Assembly: GCA_037130865.1 (NCBI GenBank) | Contig: JBAXSG010000004.1 | Coordinates: forward strand, 1 to 58,879 | Direction: 5' to 3' | DNA from: Candidatus Tayloriibacteriota bacterium | GTDB taxonomy: Bacteria; Patescibacteriota; Minisyncoccia; Phycocordibacterales; PALSA-1337 | Length of the DNA: 58,879 bases | In this document: one piece after another, positions 19,642 through 29,668 of the stretch | Position numbering within the stretch: position 1 is the stretch's first letter | Layout of the letters: each line of letters opens with the position of its first letter | The notes under the pieces: generated by a model | The model's database searches: none | What the model saw: the letters and a program-made list of their open reading frames with translations, nothing else | What the model was told of the DNA's origin: nothing | Made by a program: the position numbers and the translations under genes

Positions 19642-20637
19642 ATGGATTTAGAAAAATTCAAAAGTAATCCAAAAACATCATTCCTTGCAGGAATGTATGA
19701 GAAACTCGAGCATGATGAAGCCGAGCTCAATGCTACTGTCACGAAAGATCCTTCATACAAGGAATTGGCTTCGGAAGAGCTTGTCTCGCTTGCTGGACAG
19801 AAAAAAGACCTCTTAAAACAAATGGAGGATATTTTGGCTGCGGATGTTGAAGTGGAAGAGATGCCGAAGGAGATTGTCCTCGAAGTGCGCGCTGGTGCTG
19901 GTGGCGATGAAGCGGCATTGTTCGCATTTGAACTTGTGGAAATGTATCGCCGTTATGCAGAAGCTCGTGGCTGGTCTGTTCGTGTCACTGAAAAGTCTGA
20001 AAATGATCTTGGTGGTTACAAAGACGCTTCATTGGAAATAAAAGGCAATGGAGTCTACGAAGATTTGCGCTGGGAGACTGGTGTGCATCGTGTTCAGCGT
20101 GTTCCTGAAACAGAAAAAATGGGTCGCGTCCACACTTCGACTATCACGGTCGCGATCATGCCTATTCGCAAAAAGTCTACTTTCGTGGTGAATCCGGCAG
20201 ACTTGGAAATGGAATTTTCTCGCGCTGGTGGTAAAGGTGGTCAAAATGTTAACAAGGTTGAGTCGGCTGTACGTATCATTCACAAACCAACAGGCCTCGA
20301 TGTTCGTTCTACTGTTGAGCGTAGTCAGAATGCCAATCGTCAACGCGCCCTTATCTTGCTCACAGCGCGCCTAGAAGCTAGACAAGAAGAGGAAGATGCC
20401 AAGAAATTCGCCGCGCACCGCAAAGGTCAGATCGGCACCGGCGATCGCAGCGAGAAGATCCGCACTTACAATTTCCCGCAGGACCGCGTCACCGACCACC
20501 GCATCAAGGAGTCGTGGCACAATATCCCTGGCATCCTCGAAGGCCGCATCCAACCAATCATCGACGCATTGCATGAATTTGAGAAGACCGGCGGCGCGTC
20601 CGCCGAGGGGAATGAGGGGAATGAGGATGGGGAGTGA
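19642..20637 (+). CDS. prfA: Peptide chain release factor 1
   Basis: [23 protein letters not shown] (PxT), GGQNVNK and [12 protein letters not shown]. Confidence 0.96.
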   Translation: MDLEKFKSNPKTSFLAGMYEKLEHDEAELNATVTKDPSYKELASEELVSLAGQKKDLLKQMEDILAADVEVEEMPKEIVLEVRAGAGGDEAALFAFELVEMYRRYAEARGWSVRVTEKSENDLGGYKDASLEIKGNGVYEDLRWETGVHRVQRVPETEKMGRVHTSTITVAIMPIRKKSTFVVNPADLEMEFSRAGGKGGQNVNKVESAVRIIHKPTGLDVRSTVERSQNANRQRALILLTARLEARQEEEDAKKFAAHRKGQIGTGDRSEKIRTYNFPQDRVTDHRIKESWHNIPGILEGRIQPIIDALHEFEKTGGASAEGNEGNEDGE

Positions 20638-20683
20638 TAAACTTGCGCTTTTACACGGCTTTTGATAAGCTACCACCTACATT

Positions 20684-21436
20684 ATGACAACGGAAAAAAC
20701 GACTTCAGCCAGCGCGCACGCCACTTCAAACGCCGCTACAACCTCTATCGAGGCTATGTTTGCAGCAGGAACTCATTTCGGCCTTGGCCGATCACGCCGC
20801 AATCCTACTATTGCGCCTTTTATTTTTGGAACAAAGAATACAACAGACCTCTTCGATCTCGAGAAGACAAAGCCGTCACTAGAAGCTGCTAAGGCCTATG
20901 TTGCACAGCTGGCTAGCGAAGGTAAGACCATTATCTTCGTCGGTGGTAAGCGCGAAGCTTCTGCTACGATCAAACTTTCTGCACAGTCATTGAATCTTCC
21001 TTATGTTGAAGGTCGCTGGATTGGTGGTACATTTACAAACTTCCCACAGATCAGAAAGCGTATCGATCGTTATGAGAAGATTGTTTCCGATCGCGAGAAA
21101 GGTGAACTTTTGAAATACACGAAGCGTGAGCGCATGCTTATCGGTAAAGAAGTCGAGAAGTTGGAGAAAATGTTCTTCGGCATAGTTTCATCGAAGAAAC
21201 TCCCTGATGCCATGTTTGTCATAGATCCAAAGCGTGAGCACAATGCAGTGAAGGAAGCACAAGATATGAAGATTCCAGTCATTGCTCTTGCGAACTCCGA
21301 CTGTGATATCTCCGACATAGATTTTCCTATCGTTGGTAATGACGGCTCCAGACAGTCCATCCAGTTCTTCGTAGAAGAGATCGCCAAAGCTTATCAAGCA
21401 GGCAAGAAGTTGGCAGCAGTTGCAAAGCCAGTTTAA
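20684..21436 (+). CDS. rpsB: 30S ribosomal protein S2
   Basis: AGTHFG, RWIGGTFTNF and PIVGND. Confidence 0.96.
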   Translation: MTTEKTTSASAHATSNAATTSIEAMFAAGTHFGLGRSRRNPTIAPFIFGTKNTTDLFDLEKTKPSLEAAKAYVAQLASEGKTIIFVGGKREASATIKLSAQSLNLPYVEGRWIGGTFTNFPQIRKRIDRYEKIVSDREKGELLKYTKRERMLIGKEVEKLEKMFFGIVSSKKLPDAMFVIDPKREHNAVKEAQDMKIPVIALANSDCDISDIDFPIVGNDGSRQSIQFFVEEIAKAYQAGKKLAAVAKPV

Positions 21437-21499
21437 GCCATAAGATTGCGTCCTTTCATTTACTTTATTATTAGCTCCTTTTAAATAATCAATAAAACT

Positions 21500-22096
21500 A
21501 TGTCAGTAGTCATCACCACAGAACAAATAAAAGCTCTCCGCGATCAGACTGGAGTGTCTGTTATGCAATGCAAGAAAGCCCTAGAAGAAGCTGGTGGCGA
21601 TGCTGAGAAGGCTATTGTGATCCTACGCAAGAAGAGTGGCGAGATTTCAGCTAAGAAAGGCGACCGTACATTCAAGGCGGGCATTATACAAGCTTATATA
21701 CATTCAAATGGCACAGTCGGCACTATGGTCGAACTCAACTGCGAGTCCGATTTCGTAGCAAACAATGAAGAGTTCAAGACTATGGCGCGCGATATTGCCA
21801 TGCATATCACGGCTACAAATCCCAAGTTCATAACCGCCGCCGAAGTCACAGACGCCGATAAGAAGATTGCGGGTGAAGTCTTCGCAAAGGAAGTTGAAGG
21901 CAAGCCAGAAGCGATGAAAGAAAAGATCCTCCAAGGTAAGCTTGATACTTATTTTGCTGAAATGGTTTTGGTAAACCAGCCTTTCATCAAAAATCCTGAT
22001 ATGACTATCCAGAACCTTATAGATGGTGCTGTGCAGAAGTTCGGTGAGAAGATGGCCGTTGGCCGCTTCCAGCGCTTCAAGGTTCTAGAGCGTTAA
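21500..22096 (+). CDS. tsf: Elongation factor Ts (short form)
   Basis: LRDQTGVSVMQCKKAL and VELNCESDFVA. Follows rpsB. Confidence 0.96.
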   Translation: MSVVITTEQIKALRDQTGVSVMQCKKALEEAGGDAEKAIVILRKKSGEISAKKGDRTFKAGIIQAYIHSNGTVGTMVELNCESDFVANNEEFKTMARDIAMHITATNPKFITAAEVTDADKKIAGEVFAKEVEGKPEAMKEKILQGKLDTYFAEMVLVNQPFIKNPDMTIQNLIDGAVQKFGEKMAVGRFQRFKVLER

Positions 22097-22486
22097 ATGT
22101 ATACAACTATTACAATCTTCTACGTTTCCTTGGTCGGCATCATCGTGCTGATCTTACTCAAGCGTCGTGAAGTTTTGACTGGAGAGCGCAGTATTGTATC
22201 AAGACTTGGTGAAGGAAGTGATCATGTCTTCGCTGCATTTTTCCGTGGTATTCGCCGCGGTATTTCTTATATAAACAAACACACTTTCATCGCTCTTGCT
22301 CAATGGCTAGCTTTTCATGTTTTGGTTCATGTACGTAAAGTGTATGTTGAGATCAAGCATATTTGGCTGCAGAATATCCACACTAGAAAAGTACTTGATA
22401 TGGTCCGTGGAAAAGGTGAGATTAGAAAGCATGGGGTGTCATTTTATTTGCGAAGGATTTCTGGAGAAGAAGAGAAGAAGAAGTAA
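22097..22486 (+). CDS. Hypothetical membrane protein
   Basis: N-terminal TM, abutting the tsf stop. Confidence 0.75.
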   Translation: MYTTITIFYVSLVGIIVLILLKRREVLTGERSIVSRLGEGSDHVFAAFFRGIRRGISYINKHTFIALAQWLAFHVLVHVRKVYVEIKHIWLQNIHTRKVLDMVRGKGEIRKHGVSFYLRRISGEEEKKK

Positions 22487-22488
22487 GT

Positions 22489-22516
22489 AAGGCGCAAGGT
22501 GAAAAGCGCAAAGCGC
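22489..22516 (+). repeat. Heptamer array (4 units), intergenic
   Basis: aaggcgc aaggtga aaagcgc aaagcgc. Confidence 0.85.
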
Positions 22517-22559
22517 GGGAGCTGGCTTTTTCATTAATTTTACGCTATATTCTTGTGGT

Positions 22560-22631
22560 GCCGGAGTAGCTCAATGGTAGAGCAACGCTTTTGTAAAGCG
22601 AAGGCTGGAGGTTCAATTCCTCTCTCCGGCT
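22560..22631 (+). tRNA. tRNA-Thr(TGT)
   Basis: GCCGGAG/CTCCGGC acceptor, loop TTTGTAA, GGTTCAATTCC. Confidence 0.93.
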
Positions 22632-22680
22632 CAGATTTCAGCAAGGATCGGTTAGGATTATTAGTTAATAACGATCAACA

Positions 22681-23133
22681 ATGAGACACCTCTGCGTGTC
22701 TTGCGGTAAACCGTCTACCACAAGACATCAAATAAAATTCTGTTCAAATAAATGCCAAGCCGGTTTTCGTTACAGGCAGTTTTTGTCTAATTGGAAAAAC
22801 CGAAAGACATCTGGAAACATTGGAATAAAGTGCAGAAACATCTCTACTTACCTGCGTAGATATTTACTTGAAAAATATAATGCAAGGTGTTCTGTTTGTG
22901 GCTGGAATAAGAAAAATCCTGTCACAGGCAATGTTCCATTGGAAGTCGATCATATAGACGGCAACGCCGAGAATAATTCAGAAAACAACTTAAGACTAAT
23001 TTGTCCGAACTGTCATTCGTTGACGCCACACTTCAGGAATCTTAACAGAGGCAATGGTAGAAAATGGCGACTGAGAGGACCCATAATTACTTCTGCACTT
23101 GATAAACAACTTCACAAGCTGAAGGTATTTTGA
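22681..23133 (+). CDS. HNH endonuclease with N-terminal Zn finger
   Basis: CVSC...FCSNKC, CSVC...LEVDHIDGNAENN...NLRLICPNCH. Confidence 0.9.
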   Translation: MRHLCVSCGKPSTTRHQIKFCSNKCQAGFRYRQFLSNWKNRKTSGNIGIKCRNISTYLRRYLLEKYNARCSVCGWNKKNPVTGNVPLEVDHIDGNAENNSENNLRLICPNCHSLTPHFRNLNRGNGRKWRLRGPIITSALDKQLHKLKVF

Positions 23134-24529
23134 ACAATCCATCACAACGGTGTTTCGTCCAGTTTAGACTATCCTTGACTAGATCGATACCATTTATCGT
23201 CATAGCTTTCAATTGTGAATCATAGGCTCTGATAGCATCATTTTTTGTAGCTGCAATATCATCTGAGAGTGGTATGTATATTGGCGTATAAGAGAACTGT
23301 TGTGCATCTGCGCGTAACATCTTGATCATATCGAATTTCTTTTGGGCGTTGGCACCAGCCTCTTCGGAATAAGGGAAGTCTTCATATATGAAGAAAGTTA
23401 TCAGGCCGCGCGGTTTATATTGCGCCATGACATTCAGATAAGCTTCATGCAAAATAGTGTGATCAGAATGTCCGATCTCGCCTGGGAATATTGCTGGTCC
23501 ATATATCTCTATAGAAGATGTACTGGTGTCATATGTCTTGATGAGTTTTATGATATCGGCAGTGATTTTATTTTCTAGGGAAGTGGTAGCCGTAGTAATA
23601 CGATATTGAGCATCAAGATAACCCATATTTTTAACTTGTACACCAAGTATGTTAGCCGCATCGTTGTTTTCTTCTAGGCGATGAGTTACAGCTGCGGTGC
23701 TATTGTTGAATCCAGACTTCATATCCCATGTCGTGCTGGCCACTACTTTCGGTATACCAGTAAATACAGTGGTTATGATAGGGGAATTCGCTGAATGGAC
23801 TGATTTTGCCAAGAGACCTCCTAGAGCTGAGACAGCATCATCTAAATGTGGTGACAATACTAAGCGAGTTCTGTTGGATATGATCTTTGGGGCTATAGCG
23901 ACAACATCATCTACGGATTGGAATCCTGCATAGGATTTTCCATTGATAACTATAGCTGGCATAGGTTTTGATACCTTATTCACATTTGCCAATGTACGAA
24001 CAGCTTGTACATCCAGAGAATAGTCGAAAGAATAGACTCTTATATTATCCGGATAATGTTGACGCAAATAAGTGAGAACATCTCCTTGTTTGTCACAGTC
24101 AGCACAATTTGGCTCATAGAAATAAAGTACTGTCGCTGGCCTGATAGGACATTTTGTAGCAGAACTGATCAGCATATAATCCTTGATCTCCAAGAGATAA
24201 TAATATTGTCTTAGACTTACGACATCAGCATCTGTTCTATGACCAGTTGATTCCAAAAATGATAGGCGATCTCCAATATCAGAGAGTTGTGTAGCCAGAT
24301 CAGAGTTGAACAGATCGCTACAGCTAGCATCTTTCAATAAATTGAATTGTGTCTCTGAAGAAAGAATGTTCAATGAAATATTATCTTGCAATGAACGAAC
24401 ATTGTTCACGCGAGCACTATCGATCCACATGCTAACACCTATAGCCGTACCAAAAATTACCAAAGTGATACCTAGTGTTACTAGATATTTTTTCCATTCT
24501 CTGAATACTATGTGATGTTTTAATGCCAT
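23087..24529 (-). CDS. Fusion of a membrane-anchored thioredoxin-like (CxxC) domain and a PIG-L/LmbE deacetylase domain
   Basis: N-terminal TM, LYFY..NCADCDKQG. C-terminal LSPHLDDA, GHSDH, YEDFPY and AIRAYDSQ. Confidence 0.8.
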   Translation of the reverse strand: MALKHHIVFREWKKYLVTLGITLVIFGTAIGVSMWIDSARVNNVRSLQDNISLNILSSETQFNLLKDASCSDLFNSDLATQLSDIGDRLSFLESTGHRTDADVVSLRQYYYLLEIKDYMLISSATKCPIRPATVLYFYEPNCADCDKQGDVLTYLRQHYPDNIRVYSFDYSLDVQAVRTLANVNKVSKPMPAIVINGKSYAGFQSVDDVVAIAPKIISNRTRLVLSPHLDDAVSALGGLLAKSVHSANSPIITTVFTGIPKVVASTTWDMKSGFNNSTAAVTHRLEENNDAANILGVQVKNMGYLDAQYRITTATTSLENKITADIIKLIKTYDTSTSSIEIYGPAIFPGEIGHSDHTILHEAYLNVMAQYKPRGLITFFIYEDFPYSEEAGANAQKKFDMIKMLRADAQQFSYTPIYIPLSDDIAATKNDAIRAYDSQLKAMTINGIDLVKDSLNWTKHRCDGLFKIPSACEVVYQVQK

Positions 24530-24538
24530 ATTATGTTT

Positions 24539-25798
24539 TTATCTCCAAAGAGTTTGTTTGCTTGTTATGAGGTTATAGACCGAACGGATGAGCCATAGTG
24601 GCGCTACTATCGAATAGAGTGCACCATACCAAAGAAAGTCTGTTATTCTAGGCCACTTTGCTTTCGAGAGCTTCGCACCAACCAGGATGAAAGCTATGAT
24701 AATAACAAGTGATACTATACCACCAAACATAATTGGTGAGGTGTGCAAGAAGAACCAATTCCACGAATGCCAATTGAATCCATTCCACTCGAACATCCTA
24801 GTGCCAAGTGCCTCAAAACGGATGATCAGACCATGAAAATAACGCCACATATCATAAGCCCAACCAGAGATGATGAAGATAATACTAGCAGTGGAAAGAA
24901 TCATTATCGGTAAGACAAGAGCACCGAGGTGGCCGGTCTTGGTATTGAAGACTAGTTTCTTGTAGTCGCGTAAGTTCTGCAAGAAGCCGGAAGTCCAACG
25001 GACGCGCTGTTTATAAAGCTTCATAACACTCCTCGGCGAAGAAGTATGGACGACTGCGTCGTTTGCACAGACAATCTTGAGTCCATTTGATTGGATACGC
25101 ATCGCCATCTCCATATCTTCGGTATTATGGGCTTTGTGGTAGAGGCCGACCTTGTCGAAAACCGACTTTCTGAATATGGAAAATGGTCCAGGTGTCACAT
25201 AAAGCGAATTCAATTCTGCCAATATACTGCGCCAAAAAACGCCGAGTGTGTACTCAACCTTTTGCATCTTTTGAATAGGGGTACGTGGCATATGGATATG
25301 TAGAGATGGAACCACAGCCATAACTTCTGGATCATTGAATCTTTTTATTATGCGGAGCAATGCATCCGGATTTACATATGAATCGGCGTCCAAACAACCA
25401 ACGAACTCGCTCTTTGTGCGCGCTATGCCCATGTTGAGGACGGTGTGTTTGCCGCCATTTTCTTTGTGGAGTATTTCGATTTGTGAATGGTCGGCGAATT
25501 CCTGAAGAGCTTTAAATGTTCCGTCAGTTGAGCCATCATCAACCGCCATGATGTGAAGTTTTTCTTTTGGATAATCTAGCGCCAAGAGCGACTTTATGGT
25601 GGCGGCGAGAGTTTTTTCTTCGTTGTAGCAGGGAACTATGATAGTTACATATGGAAGATCTGGATGGGTTTGAGGTTCATGTTTGACTCGGCCATGGAGT
25701 AGACGTCTTCGTCTTACATATGTGACCAGCATAAATACCTCGAAGTAGAGCGACAAGAAAAGTATGCTCAAAGTGGTGATATCTCTCCAAGAAGTCAT
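24539..25798 (-). CDS. GT2 processive glycosyltransferase (IcaA/PgaC/cellulose synthase-like)
   Basis: IVPCYNEE, DDGSTD, LDAD, TEDME and KQRVRW (QxxRW), with flanking TMs. Confidence 0.92.
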   Translation of the reverse strand: MTSWRDITTLSILFLSLYFEVFMLVTYVRRRRLLHGRVKHEPQTHPDLPYVTIIVPCYNEEKTLAATIKSLLALDYPKEKLHIMAVDDGSTDGTFKALQEFADHSQIEILHKENGGKHTVLNMGIARTKSEFVGCLDADSYVNPDALLRIIKRFNDPEVMAVVPSLHIHMPRTPIQKMQKVEYTLGVFWRSILAELNSLYVTPGPFSIFRKSVFDKVGLYHKAHNTEDMEMAMRIQSNGLKIVCANDAVVHTSSPRSVMKLYKQRVRWTSGFLQNLRDYKKLVFNTKTGHLGALVLPIMILSTASIIFIISGWAYDMWRYFHGLIIRFEALGTRMFEWNGFNWHSWNWFFLHTSPIMFGGIVSLVIIIAFILVGAKLSKAKWPRITDFLWYGALYSIVAPLWLIRSVYNLITSKQTLWR

Positions 25799-25840
25799 TT
25801 TTCCAAGTATCGCATATTTGAGCTCTTTTGGGTAGTTTTT

Positions 25841-25956
25841 ATGTCGAAATCTCCACTTCCGTCACTGGGAACATGTCTCCCACATATCCTCCCGAGCACT
25901 TTTGAAAAGTGACAACTTTTCTGTCACTTTGAGAAATACTCAAAAAGCATATGTGT
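25841..25956 (-). repeat. Dispersed hairpin element, copy B
   Basis: The reverse complement contains the core, and the tail GTGGAGATTTCGACAT is shared with copy E. Confidence 0.95.
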
Positions 25957-26015
25957 TGCCGACATATCTCTTTGAATACATGAAATTCTGGCATTTTTTT
26001 GCTACACTTACACGC

Positions 26016-26759
26016 ATGGAAAACAAAGTCAGCCAGCAAACAGAGTCAGGCCACTTACACCCTATAACTTCGGTAATTCGTGAGATAACCACAATCTTCA
26101 ACAAGATCGGCTTTTCTGTGGCACAAGGTCCGGAACTAGAGGATGAATTCCATAACTTTGACGCCTTAAATGTTCCACCAGATCATCCAGCTCGTGATAT
26201 GCAAGATACTTTTTGGGTTGAGACAGGCGCAAAGCGCAAGGCGCAAGGCGCAGAAAAACTTGTTCTGCGCACACATACTTCTTCGGTGCAGATTCGCTTT
26301 ATGGAATCGCTCGCGAAAAAACAGCAGCCATTTAAGATAATAATTCCCGGAAAAGTCTATCGCAATGAAGCGACCGACGCGACTCACGAAGCGCAATTTT
26401 TCCAAATCGAAGGCCTTTATGTAGCTGAAAAAGTAAACATGGCCGAGCTCAAAGGAACACTAGAAAATTTCTTCAAGGAATTCCTAGGTCCAGAGGCTAA
26501 GATTCGTTTTCGTGCCAGCTTCTTCGGTTTCGTCGAACCTGGTGTAGAAGTCGATGTTTGGTACAAAGGCCGCTGGATGGAAATGTTCGGTGCCGGCCTT
26601 GTTCACCCGAGTGTTTTTGAAGCGGCTGGTTGGGACTCGAAAAAATGGCAAGGTTTCGCCTTCGGTGGCGGCGTAGATCGTCTCGTATTGCTTCGTTATG
26701 GAATAGACGATATCAGGCATCTTTATTCAGGGGATTTGAGGTTGATAAATCAGTTTTAA
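26016..26759 (+). CDS. pheS: Phenylalanine--tRNA ligase alpha subunit (lacks the N-terminal coiled coil)
   Basis: GHLHPI, NFDALN.P.DHPARDMQDTF, LRTHTS, YRNEATDATH and GFAFG.G.DRL. Confidence 0.97.
   Translation: MENKVSQQTESGHLHPITSVIREITTIFNKIGFSVAQGPELEDEFHNFDALNVPPDHPARDMQDTFWVETGAKRKAQGAEKLVLRTHTSSVQIRFMESLAKKQQPFKIIIPGKVYRNEATDATHEAQFFQIEGLYVAEKVNMAELKGTLENFFKEFLGPEAKIRFRASFFGFVEPGVEVDVWYKGRWMEMFGAGLVHPSVFEAAGWDSKKWQGFAFGGGVDRLVLLRYGIDDIRHLYSGDLRLINQF
26224..26251 (+). repeat. Heptamer array (4 units) inside pheS
   Basis: caggcgc aaagcgc aaggcgc aaggcgc, encoding GAKRKAQGA. Confidence 0.9.
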
Positions 26760-26774
26760 TACAGACGAATTTCT

Positions 26775-28724
26775 ATGAAAATCTCCTACAACTGGCTACA
26801 ACAATATTTCGATAAACCACTTCCGAAGGCTCACGACCTTGCGGAACTTATCAATTCACACGTCTTCGAAATAGAATCGGTTATAGAAATGAAAAGTGAA
26901 TGGCGCAAGGCGCAAACTGACACAGTCTTCGATGTGAAGGTCTTACCTGATCGTGCGCATTATGCGTTGTGCCACAAAGGTGTCGCTAGGGAAGTCCGAG
27001 CTATTACGGGTATGGAGATGAAAAATATTGCCAATGTTAAGATCACCGTCGGTGAGGCGATCAAACCAGTTGAAGTGAAAGTTACAGAATCCAAACTTTG
27101 TCGCCGTTATATAGCTCGCAGGATCTCTGGTGTGAATGTCACTGATTCCCCAGCTTGGCTTCGTGAGAAACTTGAAGCTATCGATGCGCGTTCTATCAAC
27201 ACCATCGTCGATGCGACGAACTATATAATGTTCGATATTGGCCAGCCACTGCACGCTTTCGATGCTGCAAAAGTGAAAGGGGTGATTACGGTTCGCTTGG
27301 CGAAAAAGGGAGAAAAGATTGAACTCTTGGATGCGCGTGTGCTCGAGTTGAACGAGACAGACTTGGTAATTGCCGATGATGAAGGTCCTCTAGCTATTGC
27401 TGGAGTGAAAGGTGGTCGTCGTGCAGAAATCTCTGCGACCACGAAGGATATCATCTTGGAATCAGCCAATTTCAATCCAGTTTCCGTACGCAGAACTTCC
27501 ACCCGACTCAATATACGAAATGATTCATCGAAGAGATTCGAAAATGAAATCATTCCTGAATTGGCGGAAGAAGCGATGAGCAGAGTGACGGCGCTTATCA
27601 TTAAACTTTCGCAAGAGGCAAATATTGGTACGATTAAAGTCAGCGCCACAACAGATATATTTTCGACTCCAACAAAGCCTTGGACAGTTTCGGTCACTTC
27701 GGATTTTATCTCGGAAAAATTGGGTGCAAATATAACCAACGCTGATTTCCAGGATATCCTTAAACGCTATGATTGTGTGGTGAAAGGTGTGTCAGATATC
27801 ACTCCACCATTGGATCGTCTTGATCTCAAAATCCCTGAAGACTTTGTGGACGAAGTGGCTAGAGTAAATGGTTATGAAGCATTGGAAGCTATTTTACCAG
27901 CTGAATTGCCAGCCAAAGCTGCATCTCAGATTCATGATGATGTTACTTTCTATTGGTCTGAAAAAGTGAAGAATACCTTGGTCGGACTAGGCTTTTCTGA
28001 GGCACTGCTTTATTCGTTAGTACAAAAAGGTTTTTATGAGATTACATATCCATTGGCGAGTGATAAGAGTTCTCTACGTGAATCGATTGTGCCGAAGATG
28101 AATGACACGCTTACTACAAATGCCCTCAATGCCGATTTATTGGGCCTCGATATTATAAAAATGTTCGAGATAGGTAAGGTCTTTCCGAAAGAAGGTGAGA
28201 AGACTGTTTTGTGTATTGGTGTAAAAAATGTAAAAAAGTCCAAGAAGAAAGAACCGGAGATTCTGAAAGAAGTTTTGGCCGAGTTGAAAAAGACGCTTGG
28301 CGTCGAACTCACACCGGAGAAGATAACCGACAATGTTACAGAGATAGATCTCGGTTCTTTGTTCAGCAAAATGAAAGCTGGTCTTATCGACGATCTTCAT
28401 TTCCAAGCTTTGCCACGTGATCAGAAGTATCATCCATTTTCTCCATATCCTTTTATCACACGCGACATCGCCGTGTTTGTGCCAGAAAATGTTCTAGGTG
28501 ACGGTGTTTGGAATTCCGTGAAGCAGGGAATACAAGAAGCCGGCGCTGAAGGATTACTTGTGCGCGGTGCTCTGTTCGATGTCTTCAAGAAAGAAGGAAA
28601 AGTCTCATATGCATATCGCTTAGTATTCCAATCCTACGAAAAAACTTTGACTGATACTGAGGTAAATACGATTATGGAAAAAGTCTATCAAGAAATCCGC
28701 GAAAAAGATTGGGAAGTGAGGTAA
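26775..28724 (+). CDS. pheT: Phenylalanine--tRNA ligase beta subunit (no B2 OB-fold)
   Basis: MKISYNWL, VDATNY.M...GQPLHAFD, RLDL...ED.VDEVAR..GY and C-terminal FDX-ACB (SPYPFITRDIA). Confidence 0.95.
   Translation: MKISYNWLQQYFDKPLPKAHDLAELINSHVFEIESVIEMKSEWRKAQTDTVFDVKVLPDRAHYALCHKGVAREVRAITGMEMKNIANVKITVGEAIKPVEVKVTESKLCRRYIARRISGVNVTDSPAWLREKLEAIDARSINTIVDATNYIMFDIGQPLHAFDAAKVKGVITVRLAKKGEKIELLDARVLELNETDLVIADDEGPLAIAGVKGGRRAEISATTKDIILESANFNPVSVRRTSTRLNIRNDSSKRFENEIIPELAEEAMSRVTALIIKLSQEANIGTIKVSATTDIFSTPTKPWTVSVTSDFISEKLGANITNADFQDILKRYDCVVKGVSDITPPLDRLDLKIPEDFVDEVARVNGYEALEAILPAELPAKAASQIHDDVTFYWSEKVKNTLVGLGFSEALLYSLVQKGFYEITYPLASDKSSLRESIVPKMNDTLTTNALNADLLGLDIIKMFEIGKVFPKEGEKTVLCIGVKNVKKSKKKEPEILKEVLAELKKTLGVELTPEKITDNVTEIDLGSLFSKMKAGLIDDLHFQALPRDQKYHPFSPYPFITRDIAVFVPENVLGDGVWNSVKQGIQEAGAEGLLVRGALFDVFKKEGKVSYAYRLVFQSYEKTLTDTEVNTIMEKVYQEIREKDWEVR
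26893..26913 (+). repeat. Heptamer array (3 units) inside pheT
   Basis: aaagtga atggcgc aaggcgc, encoding KSEWRKA. Confidence 0.7.
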
Positions 28725-28811
28725 AACAGAAATCCGCCGTGGCCACAAGGCACAACGGCGGAACGACATTCTGGTTGATTGTTGAGTTAAATCATTCTCC
28801 GTCCAGGTTAT

Positions 28812-29453
28812 TCACATCTTGAAGAAGAATATCTTATATATCAAGAACATTGGGATCAACCATATTGCTGAGGCGAATCCCATTATATACATCTTGTTGG
28901 CAATCTCAGGCCCTAGTCCTAGGATTCGTATCTGAAAGATCGTGAATCCGACTAATGGCGTGATGTTCAGGATATACAACAGTAGCGGTTGGGACTGCTT
29001 CACTGCAAACCACATATGTCTAATCGGCCCAATCCAACCACTTCCTCCAGCCGATGTGAATGCGAGCGGTATTGAACAGAACCATCCTTGCCAGCCAGTG
29101 AGCATCTTGGTTATTTGCTCTTGGAACACTGGAGTAATTGCTGTACTGAAACCGATAAGCGGCATTAACAGTACAATCGTAAACCAAAACGATGATGCAA
29201 TCCTCATTGTCTCATTGAGACCCCTCCCAAGGGCTGTCCCACTGTAAGGTATAGATTTTCCGTTGATCAATACCGAGACTGGCACGTCGTTATACTTATA
29301 GGCCAAGCATATGACCAATACGAGCATTGCCGCCATCGGCACCACATTCCATAGGAATTGACTGCTACTTATCCTGATTGGATATTGTCTGAACAATCCA
29401 ACCGCTATACAAGCTAGTCCGATTAGGACCAGTACAATGTTTGTCGGTTTCAT
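28812..29453 (-). CDS. Hypothetical multi-pass membrane protein (permease-like)
   Basis: About 6 hydrophobic segments. GAGGAG RBS before the ATG at 29453. Confidence 0.65.
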   Translation of the reverse strand: MKPTNIVLVLIGLACIAVGLFRQYPIRISSSQFLWNVVPMAAMLVLVICLAYKYNDVPVSVLINGKSIPYSGTALGRGLNETMRIASSFWFTIVLLMPLIGFSTAITPVFQEQITKMLTGWQGWFCSIPLAFTSAGGSGWIGPIRHMWFAVKQSQPLLLYILNITPLVGFTIFQIRILGLGPEIANKMYIMGFASAIWLIPMFLIYKIFFFKM

Positions 29454-29668
29454 TCTCTTCTCCTCATTATCCCTGTTTGAAAGGGAAGTTAGTTTCAATC
29501 GTTGGAAATTCTTTTGATGTATACAAACTCAAAGAACCTTTGCTAATAATCTAGCATAGTTGTACTATTTTGTCAAATAAAACGATAAAATATTAATATT
29601 GCCGAAAAAACGACAACAGAAAAAGCGGCGGGTTTCCAGCCAGCCGCTTTCGCAAAAACAATAACTTT

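Noticed and set aside
25839-26039. 66-aa ORF and the long N-terminal extensions of pheS and of the 16826 ORF
   Set aside because: They read through copies of the dispersed hairpin element. The true starts follow -10 boxes.
29528-29537. boxA-like GTTCTTTGA on the minus strand after a TTGACA promoter
   Set aside because: A single imperfect match ahead of a one-gene unit, not distinguishable from chance.
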